Translations under genes and position numbers: made by a program
NCBI GenBank assembly: GCA_046723645.1
Contig: JBKOUY010000009.1
Location: 1 to 62,071, forward strand
Length of the DNA stretch: 62,071 bases
Reading direction: 5' to 3'
Source: Actinomycetota bacterium
GTDB taxonomy: Bacteria; Actinomycetota; Acidimicrobiia; Acidimicrobiales; VFJN01
Notes under the pieces: generated by a model
Database searches by the model: none
The model's input: the letters and a program-made list of their open reading frames with translations, nothing else
Told to the model about the DNA's origin: nothing
Shown here: positions 17,304 through 26,874 of the stretch, one piece after another
How positions within the stretch are numbered: the stretch's first letter is position 1
How the letters are laid out: each line of letters begins with the position of its first letter

Positions 17304-18227
17304 TCAGGGCTGGAGGATCACCTTGCCCGGGATGCTCCGCGTCGACTTGGCCATGAAGGCCTCTCGGGTGTCGGAGAGCGGGTACACCGCGCCGACCTGC
17401 GGCCGGAGTTCCCCGGCGTCGACCAGCCGGGCGAGCTCCAGGAGCTGGGCGCGGCTGGGTTCCCGGACGAAGTGGAGCGCCCGGATGTCGCCGCGATCGC
17501 TGGGCGGGGGGGCGCAGACCGAGACGAGGGCGCCGCCCGGCTTGACGATCGCCGGTGAACGGGCGAGCACGTCGCCGCCGATCGCGTCGAACACGACGTC
17601 GGCCTGGCCGACGGCGTCCTCCCAGCGATCCTGCTCGAGGTCGACGAAGCTGTCGGCACCCATGTCCAGTGCCAGCGATCGCGCGCTGGCCCGGCCCGTT
17701 CCGATCACGTGGGCACCGGCAGAGCGGGCGAGCTGCACGGCGATGGACCCGACGGCGCCACCGGCACCGTGGATCACTGCGGTCTGCCCGGCGGCGAGCT
17801 GGCCGTGGTCGAATAGCGCCTGCCAGGACGTGAGCCCGGCCTGGGGGATGGCGGCGGCATGCACGTGGTCGACGGTCGCCGGCTTCGGCGCCACGTCGCG
17901 AGCCTCGATCGCAATGAGCTCGGCAGCCGCACCGTCCCGGTACCCGTCGATGAGGCCGTACACCTCGTGGCCCACCGCCACGCCGGCGGTGCCGTACCCG
18001 AGGGCGGCCACGACGCCGGAGAACTCGTGGGCCGGGATGATGGGCGCGCGATCGTGGCCCGCCCGGTCGGTCCAGAGCGGCCACTGCAGCTCGGTGGGAG
18101 TGAAGCCGGCGGCGTAGACCTTGACGAGGACGTCGCCGACCGCGGGCACCGGATCGGGTGCGTCCTCGTAGACGAGCCCGTCGATGCCTTCGAGGCCGAT
18201 GGGCTCGTGGGCTCGGGCCGCCTTCAT
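17304..18227 (-). CDS. NADP-dependent oxidoreductase (MDR/quinone-oxidoreductase family)
   Basis: GDVLVKVYAAGFTPTEL, IPAHEFSGVV, IHGAGGAVGSIAVQLAR, GKVILQ; ATG 18227. Confidence 0.9.
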   Translation of the reverse strand: MKAARAHEPIGLEGIDGLVYEDAPDPVPAVGDVLVKVYAAGFTPTELQWPLWTDRAGHDRAPIIPAHEFSGVVAALGYGTAGVAVGHEVYGLIDGYRDGAAAELIAIEARDVAPKPATVDHVHAAAIPQAGLTSWQALFDHGQLAAGQTAVIHGAGGAVGSIAVQLARSAGAHVIGTGRASARSLALDMGADSFVDLEQDRWEDAVGQADVVFDAIGGDVLARSPAIVKPGGALVSVCAPPPSDRGDIRALHFVREPSRAQLLELARLVDAGELRPQVGAVYPLSDTREAFMAKSTRSIPGKVILQP

Positions 18228-18254
18228 CGGAATGTCTCCATTGCTCTGCTCCTC

Positions 18255-18316
18255 TGTCACATCGGCGGGGTTCCGCCGGTCACTGCTATGACACGGCGTG
18301 ACAAGGGAATGTGACC
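18255..18316. promoter_or_regulatory. two opposed ECF41-type promoters
   Basis: Plus strand TGTCACA-N16-GGTC (18255-18281); minus strand GGTCACA-N16-TGTC (18316-18290); the published ECF41 consensus is TGTCACA-n16-CGTC. Confidence 0.75.
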
Positions 18317-18317
18317 G

Positions 18318-19199
18318 ATGGACGAGCACGACTGGCTGACCGGACGATTCGAGGAATACCGGTCGCACCTCCGCGCCGTCGCCTACCGCATGCTCGGTTC
18401 GCTGAGCGAGGCGGACGATGCCGTTCAGGAGACCTGGCTCAGGCTCGAGGCCGCCGACACGAGCGACGTCGAGAACCTGGGTGGATGGCTCACGACGGTG
18501 GTGTCCCGCGTGTGCCTGAACCGGCTGCGCTCGCGCTCGGCACGGCGCGAGGAGCCGCTGGACGTGCACGTGCCCGACCCGATCGTGCGCCGCGAGGACC
18601 AGCTCGACCCCGAGGACGAGGTCGAGCTCGTCGACTCGGTCGGCCTTGCCCTGCTGGTGGTGCTCGAGACGCTCGCCCCCGCGGAGCGGCTCGCGTTCGT
18701 CCTGCACGACATGTTCGCGGTGCCCTTCGACGAGATCGCCAGGATCGTGGACCGTGCCCCCGCCGCGGCGCGCCAACTCGCCAGCCGGGCGCGCCGGCGG
18801 GTGCAGGGAGCCGCCATCCCCGATGTCGACCTCGCGCGCCAGCGAAAGGTGGTGGACGCATTCTTCGCGGCGGCCCGAGGCGGGGACTTCGAGGCGCTCG
18901 TCGCCGTGCTCGACCCCGACGTCGTGCTGCGCTCCGACGGCGGCGTCGCGCGTCCGAGCGTGTCGGAGGTTGTGCGGGGTGCGGCCGCCGTCGCCGGGCG
19001 GGCGTCCGGTTACACGCGGCTGTCGCCGTTCGTGCGGCCCGCGATCGTGAACGGCGTCGCGGGGGTCGTCGTGGCGCCCGGTGGACGACCGTTCTCGGTC
19101 ATGGCTTTCACGGTCAGGGGCGGCAGGATCGTCGAGATCGACGCGGTCTCCGACCCCGAGCGGCTGCGACGCCTGGCGCTGCCCGTGTTCGACGATTGA
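18318..19199 (+). CDS. ECF41 sigma-70 factor with C-terminal SnoaL-like domain (SigJ-like)
   Basis: AVAYRMLGSLSEADDAVQETWLR, ERLAFVLHDMFAVPFDEIA, RQLASRARRRV, VVLRSDGG. Confidence 0.93.
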   Translation: MDEHDWLTGRFEEYRSHLRAVAYRMLGSLSEADDAVQETWLRLEAADTSDVENLGGWLTTVVSRVCLNRLRSRSARREEPLDVHVPDPIVRREDQLDPEDEVELVDSVGLALLVVLETLAPAERLAFVLHDMFAVPFDEIARIVDRAPAAARQLASRARRRVQGAAIPDVDLARQRKVVDAFFAAARGGDFEALVAVLDPDVVLRSDGGVARPSVSEVVRGAAAVAGRASGYTRLSPFVRPAIVNGVAGVVVAPGGRPFSVMAFTVRGGRIVEIDAVSDPERLRRLALPVFDD

Positions 19200-19248
19200 T
19201 CGGTCAGTCGGCAAATGTGCACGCGTTGTGGGCCAACGGTGATGCGGA

Positions 19249-19950
19249 TCAGAAGGGGACCGGTGTCCCGTCCCGGAAGAAGCCGCCCGTCGGGCCGTCA
19301 TCGGGCAGGTCGATCGCCCACATGACGCTGGCCGCACCCGCCTCGACGGGGCGACCGCCGGGGCCTCCCATGTCGGTCGCGACCCAGCCGGGGCACACGC
19401 TGTTCACCAGGATGCCGTCGGGCCGCAGCTCGGAGGCGAGCATGCGGGTCAGTGCGTTGAGCGCCGCTTTGGACGCTCGGTAGGCGGGCGTCCCGCCACT
19501 CATCGACGCGAGCGACCCGGCCTCGCTGGACACGTTGACGATCCGACCGTGCGCGCTCGCTCGCACCAGGGGGAGCAGGGCGTTGACGGTCCGCCACGCG
19601 CCCACGAGGTTCGTGTCGAGCGCCTCGACGACCACACCCAGGTCGGCGCCCGCGGCCTGCTGCCAGGTGTCGTAGTGGATGGCGGCGTTGTTGACGATCA
19701 CGTCGACCCGTCCCTGGTCCGCCCGTAGCTCCTCGGCGACGGCGTCCAGGCTGGCCTGGTCGGTGACGTCCAGGCGCCGCACCAGCACCCGGCCGCCGGC
19801 GGTGCTCGCGGGCAGGGCCGCGGCGGCCCGATCGCCGGCGGCGGTGTCCCGCGTGCCGAGGACGATCGTGTCGCCCGCCGCGGCGAGCTGCCGCACGACC
19901 TCGAGGCCGATGCCTCGGTTGGCCCCGGTGACGACGGCGATGCGGTTCAT
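19249..19950 (-). CDS. SDR oxidoreductase (carbonyl reductase-like)
   Basis: VTGANRGIG, NNAA, NVSS, YRASK, CPGWVATDMGG. Confidence 0.93.
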   Translation of the reverse strand: MNRIAVVTGANRGIGLEVVRQLAAAGDTIVLGTRDTAAGDRAAAALPASTAGGRVLVRRLDVTDQASLDAVAEELRADQGRVDVIVNNAAIHYDTWQQAAGADLGVVVEALDTNLVGAWRTVNALLPLVRASAHGRIVNVSSEAGSLASMSGGTPAYRASKAALNALTRMLASELRPDGILVNSVCPGWVATDMGGPGGRPVEAGAASVMWAIDLPDDGPTGGFFRDGTPVPF

Positions 19951-19986
19951 GGGACCGGGTTTATCGGACCGGGTTCATGGGGACCG
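19944..19986. repeat. three imperfect 14-15 bp tandem repeats overlapping the SDR start codon
   Basis: GGTTCATGGGACCG / GGTTTATCGGACCG / GGTTCATGGGGACCG. Confidence 0.75.
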
Positions 19987-20185
19987 GGCGCACCCGGCGG
20001 GGCGTAGTGGGTCGCGTCACGGCCAGTGGACCCTCACGGAAGTCATCGTGGCGTCTCGCCGGCCAGGCCGCCGCTGGACATCGTCCTCGTCGTCGCCGCA
20101 GCCGCTGGCTGTGCCTTCGTCCTGCGTCCTCGCCAGGGACGAATCTGACACGGCGATACATCCACGGAACTCCCGCGAGCGCCCA

Positions 20186-21184
20186 CTAGGTCACCAGGAC
20201 GGCGGCGCCGGTCAGCCGATCGTTGGCCAGGTCGGCCAGGGCCTTGTCCGCCGCATCGAGCGGGTATGGCGTGGCCGTCACCTGCACGCCCAGGCGCTCG
20301 GCGAGCGACAGGAACTCCTCGCCGTCGGCTCGGGTGTTGGCGGTGACGCTGCGCACCTGGCGTTCCTGGAACAGGTGGCGCTGGTACTCGAGCGGCGGCA
20401 CGTCGCTCAGGTGGATGCCGGCGATCGCCAGCGTGCCGCCGCGATCGAGGGCGGCCAGGGCGGGCAGGACCAGCCCGCCGGCGGGCGCGAACAGCACGGC
20501 GGCGTCGAGCGGCTCGGGGGGCATGGCATCGGCGGGCCCGGCGGAGTGCGCACCCAGCTCGAGCGCAAGCTGGCGCGCCGCCGCCGCGCGCGTCATGACG
20601 TGCACGGTCGCCCCCTGGGCCAGGGCCACCTGGGTGGCGAGGTGCGCCGAGGCCCCGAACCCGTAGATCCCGAGCCGGCCTCCCGGCGGCAGCTCGGCCC
20701 GACGGAGCGCCCGGTAGCCGATGATGCCGGCGCACAGCAGCGGCGCCGCGTGCACGTCGTCGAAGCTTTCGGGCAGCTCGTAGGCGTACGCCTCGTCGAC
20801 CACCGCCCATTCGGCGTACCCCCCGTCCGCGTCCCAGCCCGTGAACCGCGGGTCGATGCAGAGGTTCTCCCGGCCCCGCCGGCACCAGCGGCAGCGCCCG
20901 TCCGTGTGGCGCAGCCAGGCGATGCCGGCGCGCTGTCCCAGCTGGAACCGGCCGGCGCCGGCACCGAGGGCGTCGACCGTCCCCACGACCTCGTGGCCCG
21001 GCACCGTTGCCGGTCGATGGGGCGGGAGGTCGCCCTCGGCCAGGTGGAGGTCGGTCCTGCACACGCCGCACGCGCTGACCCGCACCCGGATCTCGCCCGG
21101 CCCCGGCTCGGGGACCGGACGCTCGACGCGGACGAGCGGGCCGGTGGCGATCGGCCCGGGCGTGTCGACGACCCACGCCTGCAT
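20186..21184 (-). CDS. zinc-dependent alcohol dehydrogenase family protein
   Basis: [52 protein letters not shown]. Confidence 0.93.
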   Translation of the reverse strand: MQAWVVDTPGPIATGPLVRVERPVPEPGPGEIRVRVSACGVCRTDLHLAEGDLPPHRPATVPGHEVVGTVDALGAGAGRFQLGQRAGIAWLRHTDGRCRWCRRGRENLCIDPRFTGWDADGGYAEWAVVDEAYAYELPESFDDVHAAPLLCAGIIGYRALRRAELPPGGRLGIYGFGASAHLATQVALAQGATVHVMTRAAAARQLALELGAHSAGPADAMPPEPLDAAVLFAPAGGLVLPALAALDRGGTLAIAGIHLSDVPPLEYQRHLFQERQVRSVTANTRADGEEFLSLAERLGVQVTATPYPLDAADKALADLANDRLTGAAVLVT

Positions 21185-21311
21185 GGCGCCTCCCCGGGAC
21201 AGCGGACTTCGTGCTCCCGACTCCGTCTAACAACCGGGGGCGGTCGTGTCCATCGCCGGACAGCGGATCTCGATGGACGCGGGGCGCGCCGAGGCGGTAG
21301 GCACGGATCCG

Positions 21312-21653
21312 ATGGTGGCGATCGAGCAGGTGCGCGAGCTGGCGAGCACGCTGCCCCGGACCTACGAGGCGCTGGTCCGGGACCGGGTCAAGTTCCGGGT
21401 CGGCCAGATCGTCTACCTGGCCTTCTCCAGGGACGAGACGCTCATGGGGTTCGCCTTCCCCAAGGAGGAGCGTCAGGCGCTGATCGACTCCGAGCCCCAC
21501 AAGTTCCTGATGCCCGAGCGCTCCGACCAGCGCTACAACTGGGTGGTCGTCAGGCTCGAGGCGATCGACGAGGTGGAGATGCGCGAGATCGTGCTCGACG
21601 CCTGGCGCATGGTCGTGCCCAAGCGCGTGGCCGCGGAGCACCTTGGCGACTGA
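21312..21653 (+). CDS. MmcQ/YjbR family DNA-binding protein
   Basis: LPRTYEALVRDRVKFRVGQIVY, YNWVVVRL, DAWRMVVPKRV; ATG 21312 chosen as start. Confidence 0.85.
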   Translation: MVAIEQVRELASTLPRTYEALVRDRVKFRVGQIVYLAFSRDETLMGFAFPKEERQALIDSEPHKFLMPERSDQRYNWVVVRLEAIDEVEMREIVLDAWRMVVPKRVAAEHLGD

Positions 21654-21734
21654 CCCGGCAACTGAGCCTCGCGCCGCACGCCGGCCGATAAGCGGGTCGT
21701 GGCTGGGGTGCGATCCGGGCACAATCCTCGGGTG

Positions 21735-24644
21735 ATGGACGCCCAGGTCCTGAGCGACGCAGGCGTGTCGAGCCGGGAGGCCGACGTGCTCTCCGGCGTC
21801 GCCGAGCACCTCACCAACGCCGAGATCGCCGCCCGCCTGTACATCTCGGTCCGAACCGTCGAGAGCCACGTGTCGTCGCTGCTCCGCAAGCTCGGCGTCG
21901 CGGACCGCCGCGCGCTCGCCAGCTACGCCGCCACGCTGGCGGCGACCTCGTTGCCCGACGGCCCCGAGGGGGCGGGACCATCGGCGGTCGCCATCCTCCC
22001 CGTCGCCAGACCCCCGGCCCCGGCGATCCCGACGCCGCTCACCTCCTTCGTGGGCCGGGCGGCGGAGCGCGAGGCGCTGGGCGCGGCCATCGCCGCGCAT
22101 CGGCTCGTTACCGCCGTCGGCCCCGGGGGCGTCGGCAAGACCAGGCTCGCCATCGCGGTCGCCGCCGAGTCGGTCGAATCGGCCGACGCGGTGTGGTTCG
22201 TCGACCTCGTCCCGATCTCCGATCCCGGGATGGTGGCGGCGGCCGTGGCGGCGGTCCTCGGTGTAGCCGAGCGGCCGGGCGGCACCATCGACGACGCGGT
22301 CGTGGCCCGCCTCGGCAGGTCGGAGGCCCTGATCGTGCTCGACAACTGCGAGCACCTGGTCGACGGCGTCGCCGTCTTCGTGGAGCGACTCCTGGCCACG
22401 TGCCCGCAGACCAGGGTGCTCGCCACGAGCCGGACGCGCCTGATGCTGCCCTTCGAGCACGTCTTCCCGGTGCCCGGGCTGTCGTTGCTGCCGGACGAGG
22501 GCGAGGACTCCGACGCCGTGGCGCTGTTCCTCGAGCGGGCTCGCGCCGCCGCAGGATTCGAGCCGGGCCCGGGCGACGTCGCCCGCATCGCGCGGGTCTG
22601 CCGGTCGCTCGACGGCATGGCCCTCGCCATCGAGCTGGCCGCAGCCCGCCTGGCCACGCTGGGGCTCGACGGCGTCGAGTCGGGACTGGCCGACGCGCTG
22701 CGCATGCTGTCGGGCGGCTCGCGGCTCGACGAGCGGCACAGCTCCCTGCGCTCCACGATCGACTGGAGCTACGCGCTGCTGGAGCCGGCCGAACAGGCGC
22801 TGCTCCGGCGGGTGTCGATCTTCGCGGCGCCGTTCACCGCCGACGCCGCCGCTCAGGTGGCCCGCTTCCCCCCGATCGATTCGGGGCTGGCCGACGCGCT
22901 CGCCCGGCTGGCCGACAACAGCCTCGCGATCGCCCGCCCCGCCTCCGAAACGCGCTACCGGGTGCTGGAGACGATCCGCCAGTACGGCGTGGACCGGTTG
23001 GAACAGGCCGGTGAGCTCGAGGAGGTGCGGGCCCGGCACGTGCGCTGGTGCGTTGCGACGGCGGCGGCGCTCGTCGAGCGGGCAGACGCCGACGTCGAGT
23101 GCTTCGTGCAGGGTCGCGGTGGCGACGGCGCCTGGCGCGGCGGTGGCGACGGCGCCTGGCGCGGCGCCTTCGACGTGGTTGCCGACGACCTGCGGGCCGG
23201 GTTCGCCTGGGCCAGCGGGCGGCCCCAGCTGCGGGACGACGCCCACCGCCTGGCGCTGTTGCTGGGTTCGCTGACCTTCCTGCGGGGCCTGCCGGCCGAG
23301 GCGCAGCGCCGGTTCGAAGAGGCGGCGACCCTCACCGACGACCCCGCGGCCCGGGTCACGGCGCTCAACGACGCCGCGGGCGCCGCGATGAGCCGCCACG
23401 TCGGCAACGACAGCTTCCGGCTCTGGCGGCGGGCCGCCGACCTCGCGGCCGCGACCGGCGACGGGGTGACGGCCGCGCACAACCTCGCGCTCGCGGCGAC
23501 GCTGATCCACCGGGGACCCGGCATCATGGCCGAGGTCCCGCCCGCATCGGTCGTCGACGAGCTGATCCAGGAGGCGGTGGCCGTGGCGGGCGGCTCGCCG
23601 CGCGCCGAGCCGTCGATCCTGACCGCGCAGGCGTTCAAGGGTGACGATCTCGACCCCGTCACGCGGGAGCTGGCCGAGCGGGCGGTGACGCTAGCCCGGC
23701 GGGTGGGCGATGCGTACGACGAGAGCGCGGCGCTCGACGAGCTGTCGGCTGTCCACCTGGCGGTGGGCGACGTCCCGGCCGCGGTGGCCACGGTTCGTGC
23801 CCGCATCGAGGTGCTGAAGCGCGTTCCGCTCGGGCCGGCCACCGGCATGGAGTTCTCCGACTGCTACGCCATGGCGTCGGAGATCAGCCTGGCCGCCGGC
23901 GACTTCGTGAACGCCCGGGCGTACGCCGACCGGTTGGCGGCGCTGCCGTTCGTCACGGAGCTCGACCACATCGCCAGCGCCCGCCGCCTGAAGGTCGACG
24001 CCATGGCCGGGGAGCTCGACGCGGTGGTGGCCGCTGCCGAGCGCTTCCGTCGTGGTTGGGAACAGGCGGGGCGCCCGGTGGCGAGCAACTTGGCGGGCGC
24101 CGCGCTGGCGGTGGCGATGGTCCACGGGCTGCGGGGCGACGAGGAGCAGCGCGCCGAGTGGCGGGAGCGCGCGCTGGCGATCGGCGTGACCGTCGAACGG
24201 CTCGACAGCCCGTTGAGCGGCTACGGCCCAACCTTCGATGCGATCGTCGCGCTGCATCTGGGTGACGTCGAGGCTGCGGTCGCCCGGTTGTCCGTCGATC
24301 CCGACCGCCTCCGGGACTGGTTCAGCGGCGAGTGGCGCCCGTGGTACGCCGCTCTGTGGGCGGAGGCGGCGGTGCTCGCCGGCCGCGCCGACGCCGCCGA
24401 GCGCATCGAGCGGGCCCGGCTGTCCGTCGCCGCCAACCCGGTGACCACGGCGATGGTCGACCGCGCGGCGGCGTTCGCGGCCGGCGACACCGAACGGATC
24501 GTGGCGGCCGCCGCCGCAATGGAACCGACCGGTTGCCGGTACCAGTGGGCCCGGACCCTGGTGATGGCGGGCGGCGAGCATCGCGACGCTGGGGTGGCCG
24601 CCATGGAGCGCATGGGTGCCACCCCAACGGGTATGGCGCGGTAG
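21735..24644 (+). CDS. LuxR-HTH (N-terminal) + NB-ARC/STAND ATPase + helical-repeat regulator
   Basis: SSREADVL...TNAEIAARLYISVRTVESHVSSLLRKLG; TSFVGR, GPGGVGKTRLA, LDNCEHL, LDGMALAIELAAAR. Confidence 0.92.
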   Translation: MDAQVLSDAGVSSREADVLSGVAEHLTNAEIAARLYISVRTVESHVSSLLRKLGVADRRALASYAATLAATSLPDGPEGAGPSAVAILPVARPPAPAIPTPLTSFVGRAAEREALGAAIAAHRLVTAVGPGGVGKTRLAIAVAAESVESADAVWFVDLVPISDPGMVAAAVAAVLGVAERPGGTIDDAVVARLGRSEALIVLDNCEHLVDGVAVFVERLLATCPQTRVLATSRTRLMLPFEHVFPVPGLSLLPDEGEDSDAVALFLERARAAAGFEPGPGDVARIARVCRSLDGMALAIELAAARLATLGLDGVESGLADALRMLSGGSRLDERHSSLRSTIDWSYALLEPAEQALLRRVSIFAAPFTADAAAQVARFPPIDSGLADALARLADNSLAIARPASETRYRVLETIRQYGVDRLEQAGELEEVRARHVRWCVATAAALVERADADVECFVQGRGGDGAWRGGGDGAWRGAFDVVADDLRAGFAWASGRPQLRDDAHRLALLLGSLTFLRGLPAEAQRRFEEAATLTDDPAARVTALNDAAGAAMSRHVGNDSFRLWRRAADLAAATGDGVTAAHNLALAATLIHRGPGIMAEVPPASVVDELIQEAVAVAGGSPRAEPSILTAQAFKGDDLDPVTRELAERAVTLARRVGDAYDESAALDELSAVHLAVGDVPAAVATVRARIEVLKRVPLGPATGMEFSDCYAMASEISLAAGDFVNARAYADRLAALPFVTELDHIASARRLKVDAMAGELDAVVAAAERFRRGWEQAGRPVASNLAGAALAVAMVHGLRGDEEQRAEWRERALAIGVTVERLDSPLSGYGPTFDAIVALHLGDVEAAVARLSVDPDRLRDWFSGEWRPWYAALWAEAAVLAGRADAAERIERARLSVAANPVTTAMVDRAAAFAAGDTERIVAAAAAMEPTGCRYQWARTLVMAGGEHRDAGVAAMERMGATPTGMAR
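23116..23163 (+). repeat. perfect in-frame 24-bp tandem duplication
   Basis: GCGGTGGCGACGGCGCCTGGCGCG x2, encoding a duplicated GGDGAWRG. Confidence 0.9.
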
Positions 24645-25162
24645 TGGACCGCTCGAATGCGTGGCGTGCCGTACGCGGCGCGGGTCTGGGCGGGCTGGTG
24701 CTGTTCGCGGCTATCCAGCTCGTGCCGTACGGCTGGCGTCACCCCAACCCGCCGGTCACCCAGGACGCGCCGTGGCCGGACGGCGAGGCCGAGCGGATCG
24801 CGCGCTCGTCCTGCTATGACTGCCACAGCAACGAGACCGACTGGCCGGTGTACTCGTATGTTGCGCCGATGTCGTGGCTGGTGCGCCGCGACGTCGAGTC
24901 GGGGCGCGACAAGCTGAACTTCTCGGAATGGGACCGCGACGACGACGATGGCGACAAGGCGATCGAGACGATCGTCGAGGGATCGATGCCTCCCGACCGC
25001 TACACCCTGATCCACCGTGGCGCCCGGTTGACCGATGCGGAGGCGGACCGCCTGGCCGCATCGCTGGAGGTGCTGGAGGGCCAGCGGAGCGACGGGAACG
25101 GCGGCCGGGACGGCGGCGGTGATGACGGGCGGGGGAGTGGCGGGGAGGACGGTGACGACTGA
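24644..25162 (+). CDS. heme-binding (Haem_bd) cytochrome c domain protein
   Basis: N-terminal TM ending AIQLVPYG, NPPV, CYDCHSNET (CxxCH), WPVYSYVAPMSWL, MPP; GTG overlaps the upstream stop. Confidence 0.88.
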   Translation: MDRSNAWRAVRGAGLGGLVLFAAIQLVPYGWRHPNPPVTQDAPWPDGEAERIARSSCYDCHSNETDWPVYSYVAPMSWLVRRDVESGRDKLNFSEWDRDDDDGDKAIETIVEGSMPPDRYTLIHRGARLTDAEADRLAASLEVLEGQRSDGNGGRDGGGDDGRGSGGEDGDD

Positions 25163-26104
25163 ATGAGCGAGGCGCTGGAGCTGGGCCCGGTCCTGCACAT
25201 CGGCGACGCCGAGGTTCGCGTCGGCACCTGCTCGTGGACCGACAGGACGTTGATCAAGAACACCGACTGGTACCCGAAGCGCTCGATGAGCGCGGCCGAA
25301 CGGCTGGCCTACTACAGCGCGCGCTTCGCCGTCGTGGAGGCCGACAGCACCTACTACGGGCCGCCGTCGCGCCAGCTGGCCGAGGGCTGGGCAGAGCGCA
25401 CGCCCGACGGCTTTCGCATGAACGTCAAGGCCTACTCGCTGATGACCGGCCACCCCACCAAGCCCGACAGCCTGTGGCGCGACATCACCGAAGCACTGGA
25501 CCCGGAGGTGGCCGGCAAGCGCAACGTGTATCCCCAACATCTCCCCGCCGAGGCCGTCGACGAGGTGTGGGCGCGCTTCGCCGACGCCCTCGAGCCGCTG
25601 CGGGTGACCGGCCGGCTGGGGTCGATCCTGCTGCAGTATCCGCCGTGGTTCACGCCCAAGCGCGCCAACCGCGACGAGTTGGCCCGGGCGCGGGAGCGGC
25701 TGGACGGCCTGCCCGCGTGCGTCGAGTTCCGGTCGCCGTTGTGGTTCGGCGAGGACGACATCGACCGGACGATCGGTTGGCTGGCGGACCACGACTTGGC
25801 GCTGGTGAACCTCGACGCCCCCAAGGTCAGCAAGCTGCCCCGCCTGGCAGCGGCGACGGCGGACCCCGCGGTGGTGAGGTTCCACGGCCGGGCCGACGAC
25901 ACCTGGAAGGGGCGGACGACGTCGGCCGCGGAGCGCTTCCGCTACCTCTACGACAAGCGCGAGCTGCGTCCCTGGGTGAAGCGCGTGCAGGAGCTGGCGG
26001 GAGCGGCGCGCGAGGTCCATGTGCTCATGAACAACTGCTACGAGGACTACGGCGTCCGCAACGCCGCCGATATGACCGACCTCCTGGGGGCGGTCGCGGA
26101 CTGA
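25163..26104 (+). CDS. DUF72 domain protein
   Basis: VGTCSW, VEADSTYY, WAERTPDGFRMNVKA, LLQYPPWF, VEFR, VRFHGR, MNNC. Confidence 0.92.
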   Translation: MSEALELGPVLHIGDAEVRVGTCSWTDRTLIKNTDWYPKRSMSAAERLAYYSARFAVVEADSTYYGPPSRQLAEGWAERTPDGFRMNVKAYSLMTGHPTKPDSLWRDITEALDPEVAGKRNVYPQHLPAEAVDEVWARFADALEPLRVTGRLGSILLQYPPWFTPKRANRDELARARERLDGLPACVEFRSPLWFGEDDIDRTIGWLADHDLALVNLDAPKVSKLPRLAAATADPAVVRFHGRADDTWKGRTTSAAERFRYLYDKRELRPWVKRVQELAGAAREVHVLMNNCYEDYGVRNAADMTDLLGAVAD

Positions 26105-26168
26105 CCTTCCGGTCGTTTGGTTGTCACTAGAGTTTCGGGGCTCCGGCCAGGCGCGTAGGAAGGGAACC

Positions 26169-26867
26169 GTGGTCGACGAGGCGAGAACGACGGCGACGAG
26201 GCCGGCTCCGAGGCGACCACCCCGTAGGGCGAGCGAGCGCGGGCGCAGTGCGAGGAGCGCGAGGAATCACGAGGACCGCTGGACCGACATCGTCGAGCGC
26301 GCCGGCGCCATCTTCTACCGGAAGGGCTACGAGGCGACCAGCCTCCAGGACATCGCCGACTCCGTCGGCATGCTCAAGGGCAGCATCTACTACTACATCA
26401 AGACCAAGGAGGACCTCCTCTACGAGCTGGTCTCCCGGGCACAGGACATGTTCGAGGCGACGCTCGAGGAGGACGAGGCAACCGCCCGGTCGCCGGCCCC
26501 CGTGCGGCTGCGCGCGTTCATCGGCCGATGGATGGCGCTGACCTCGCGGGAGCGGGAGTGGGGCCTGGTCGCCGAGCGCGAGTTCACGCGGCTGAGCAGG
26601 CGTCGCCTCAGGCGGGTGATCGAGCGGCGCGACGAGCTCAGCGGCTACGTCAAGGACATCATCCGCCAGGGCATCGACGAGGGAGCGTTCGACCCCACCA
26701 CCGACGAGTCGGTGGGGGCGGCGGCAATCTTCGAGCTGATGAAGACCAGCCACCTGTGGCATCGGCCGTCCGGTCCCCTGTCGATGGCCGAGCTCGGTGA
26801 CTGGTACGCCACCTTCGCCATCCGCGGCCTCGGCGGGCCCCGCTGGCGCGACCGAGATCCAGCCTGA
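26169..26867 (+). CDS. TetR family regulator (KstR2-like)
   Basis: FYRKGYEATSLQDIADSVGMLKGSIYYYIKTKEDLL; C-terminal WHRPSGPLS. Confidence 0.9.
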   Translation: MVDEARTTATRPAPRRPPRRASERGRSARSARNHEDRWTDIVERAGAIFYRKGYEATSLQDIADSVGMLKGSIYYYIKTKEDLLYELVSRAQDMFEATLEEDEATARSPAPVRLRAFIGRWMALTSREREWGLVAEREFTRLSRRRLRRVIERRDELSGYVKDIIRQGIDEGAFDPTTDESVGAAAIFELMKTSHLWHRPSGPLSMAELGDWYATFAIRGLGGPRWRDRDPA

Positions 26868-26874
26868 CCTGCCG

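Noticed and set aside
20040-20150. Plus-strand hydrophobic fragment PPLDIVLVVAAAAGCAFVLRPRQGRI*
   Set aside because: May be a gene remnant, but too short, with no start or recognisable family
20043-23510. 1155-aa minus-strand ORF and similar long shadow ORFs (41782-44499, 59187-61793, 53830-56007, 19679-21691)
   Set aside because: Arg/Gly/Pro-rich antisense or off-frame ORFs typical of high-GC DNA; they overlap genes with clear motifs
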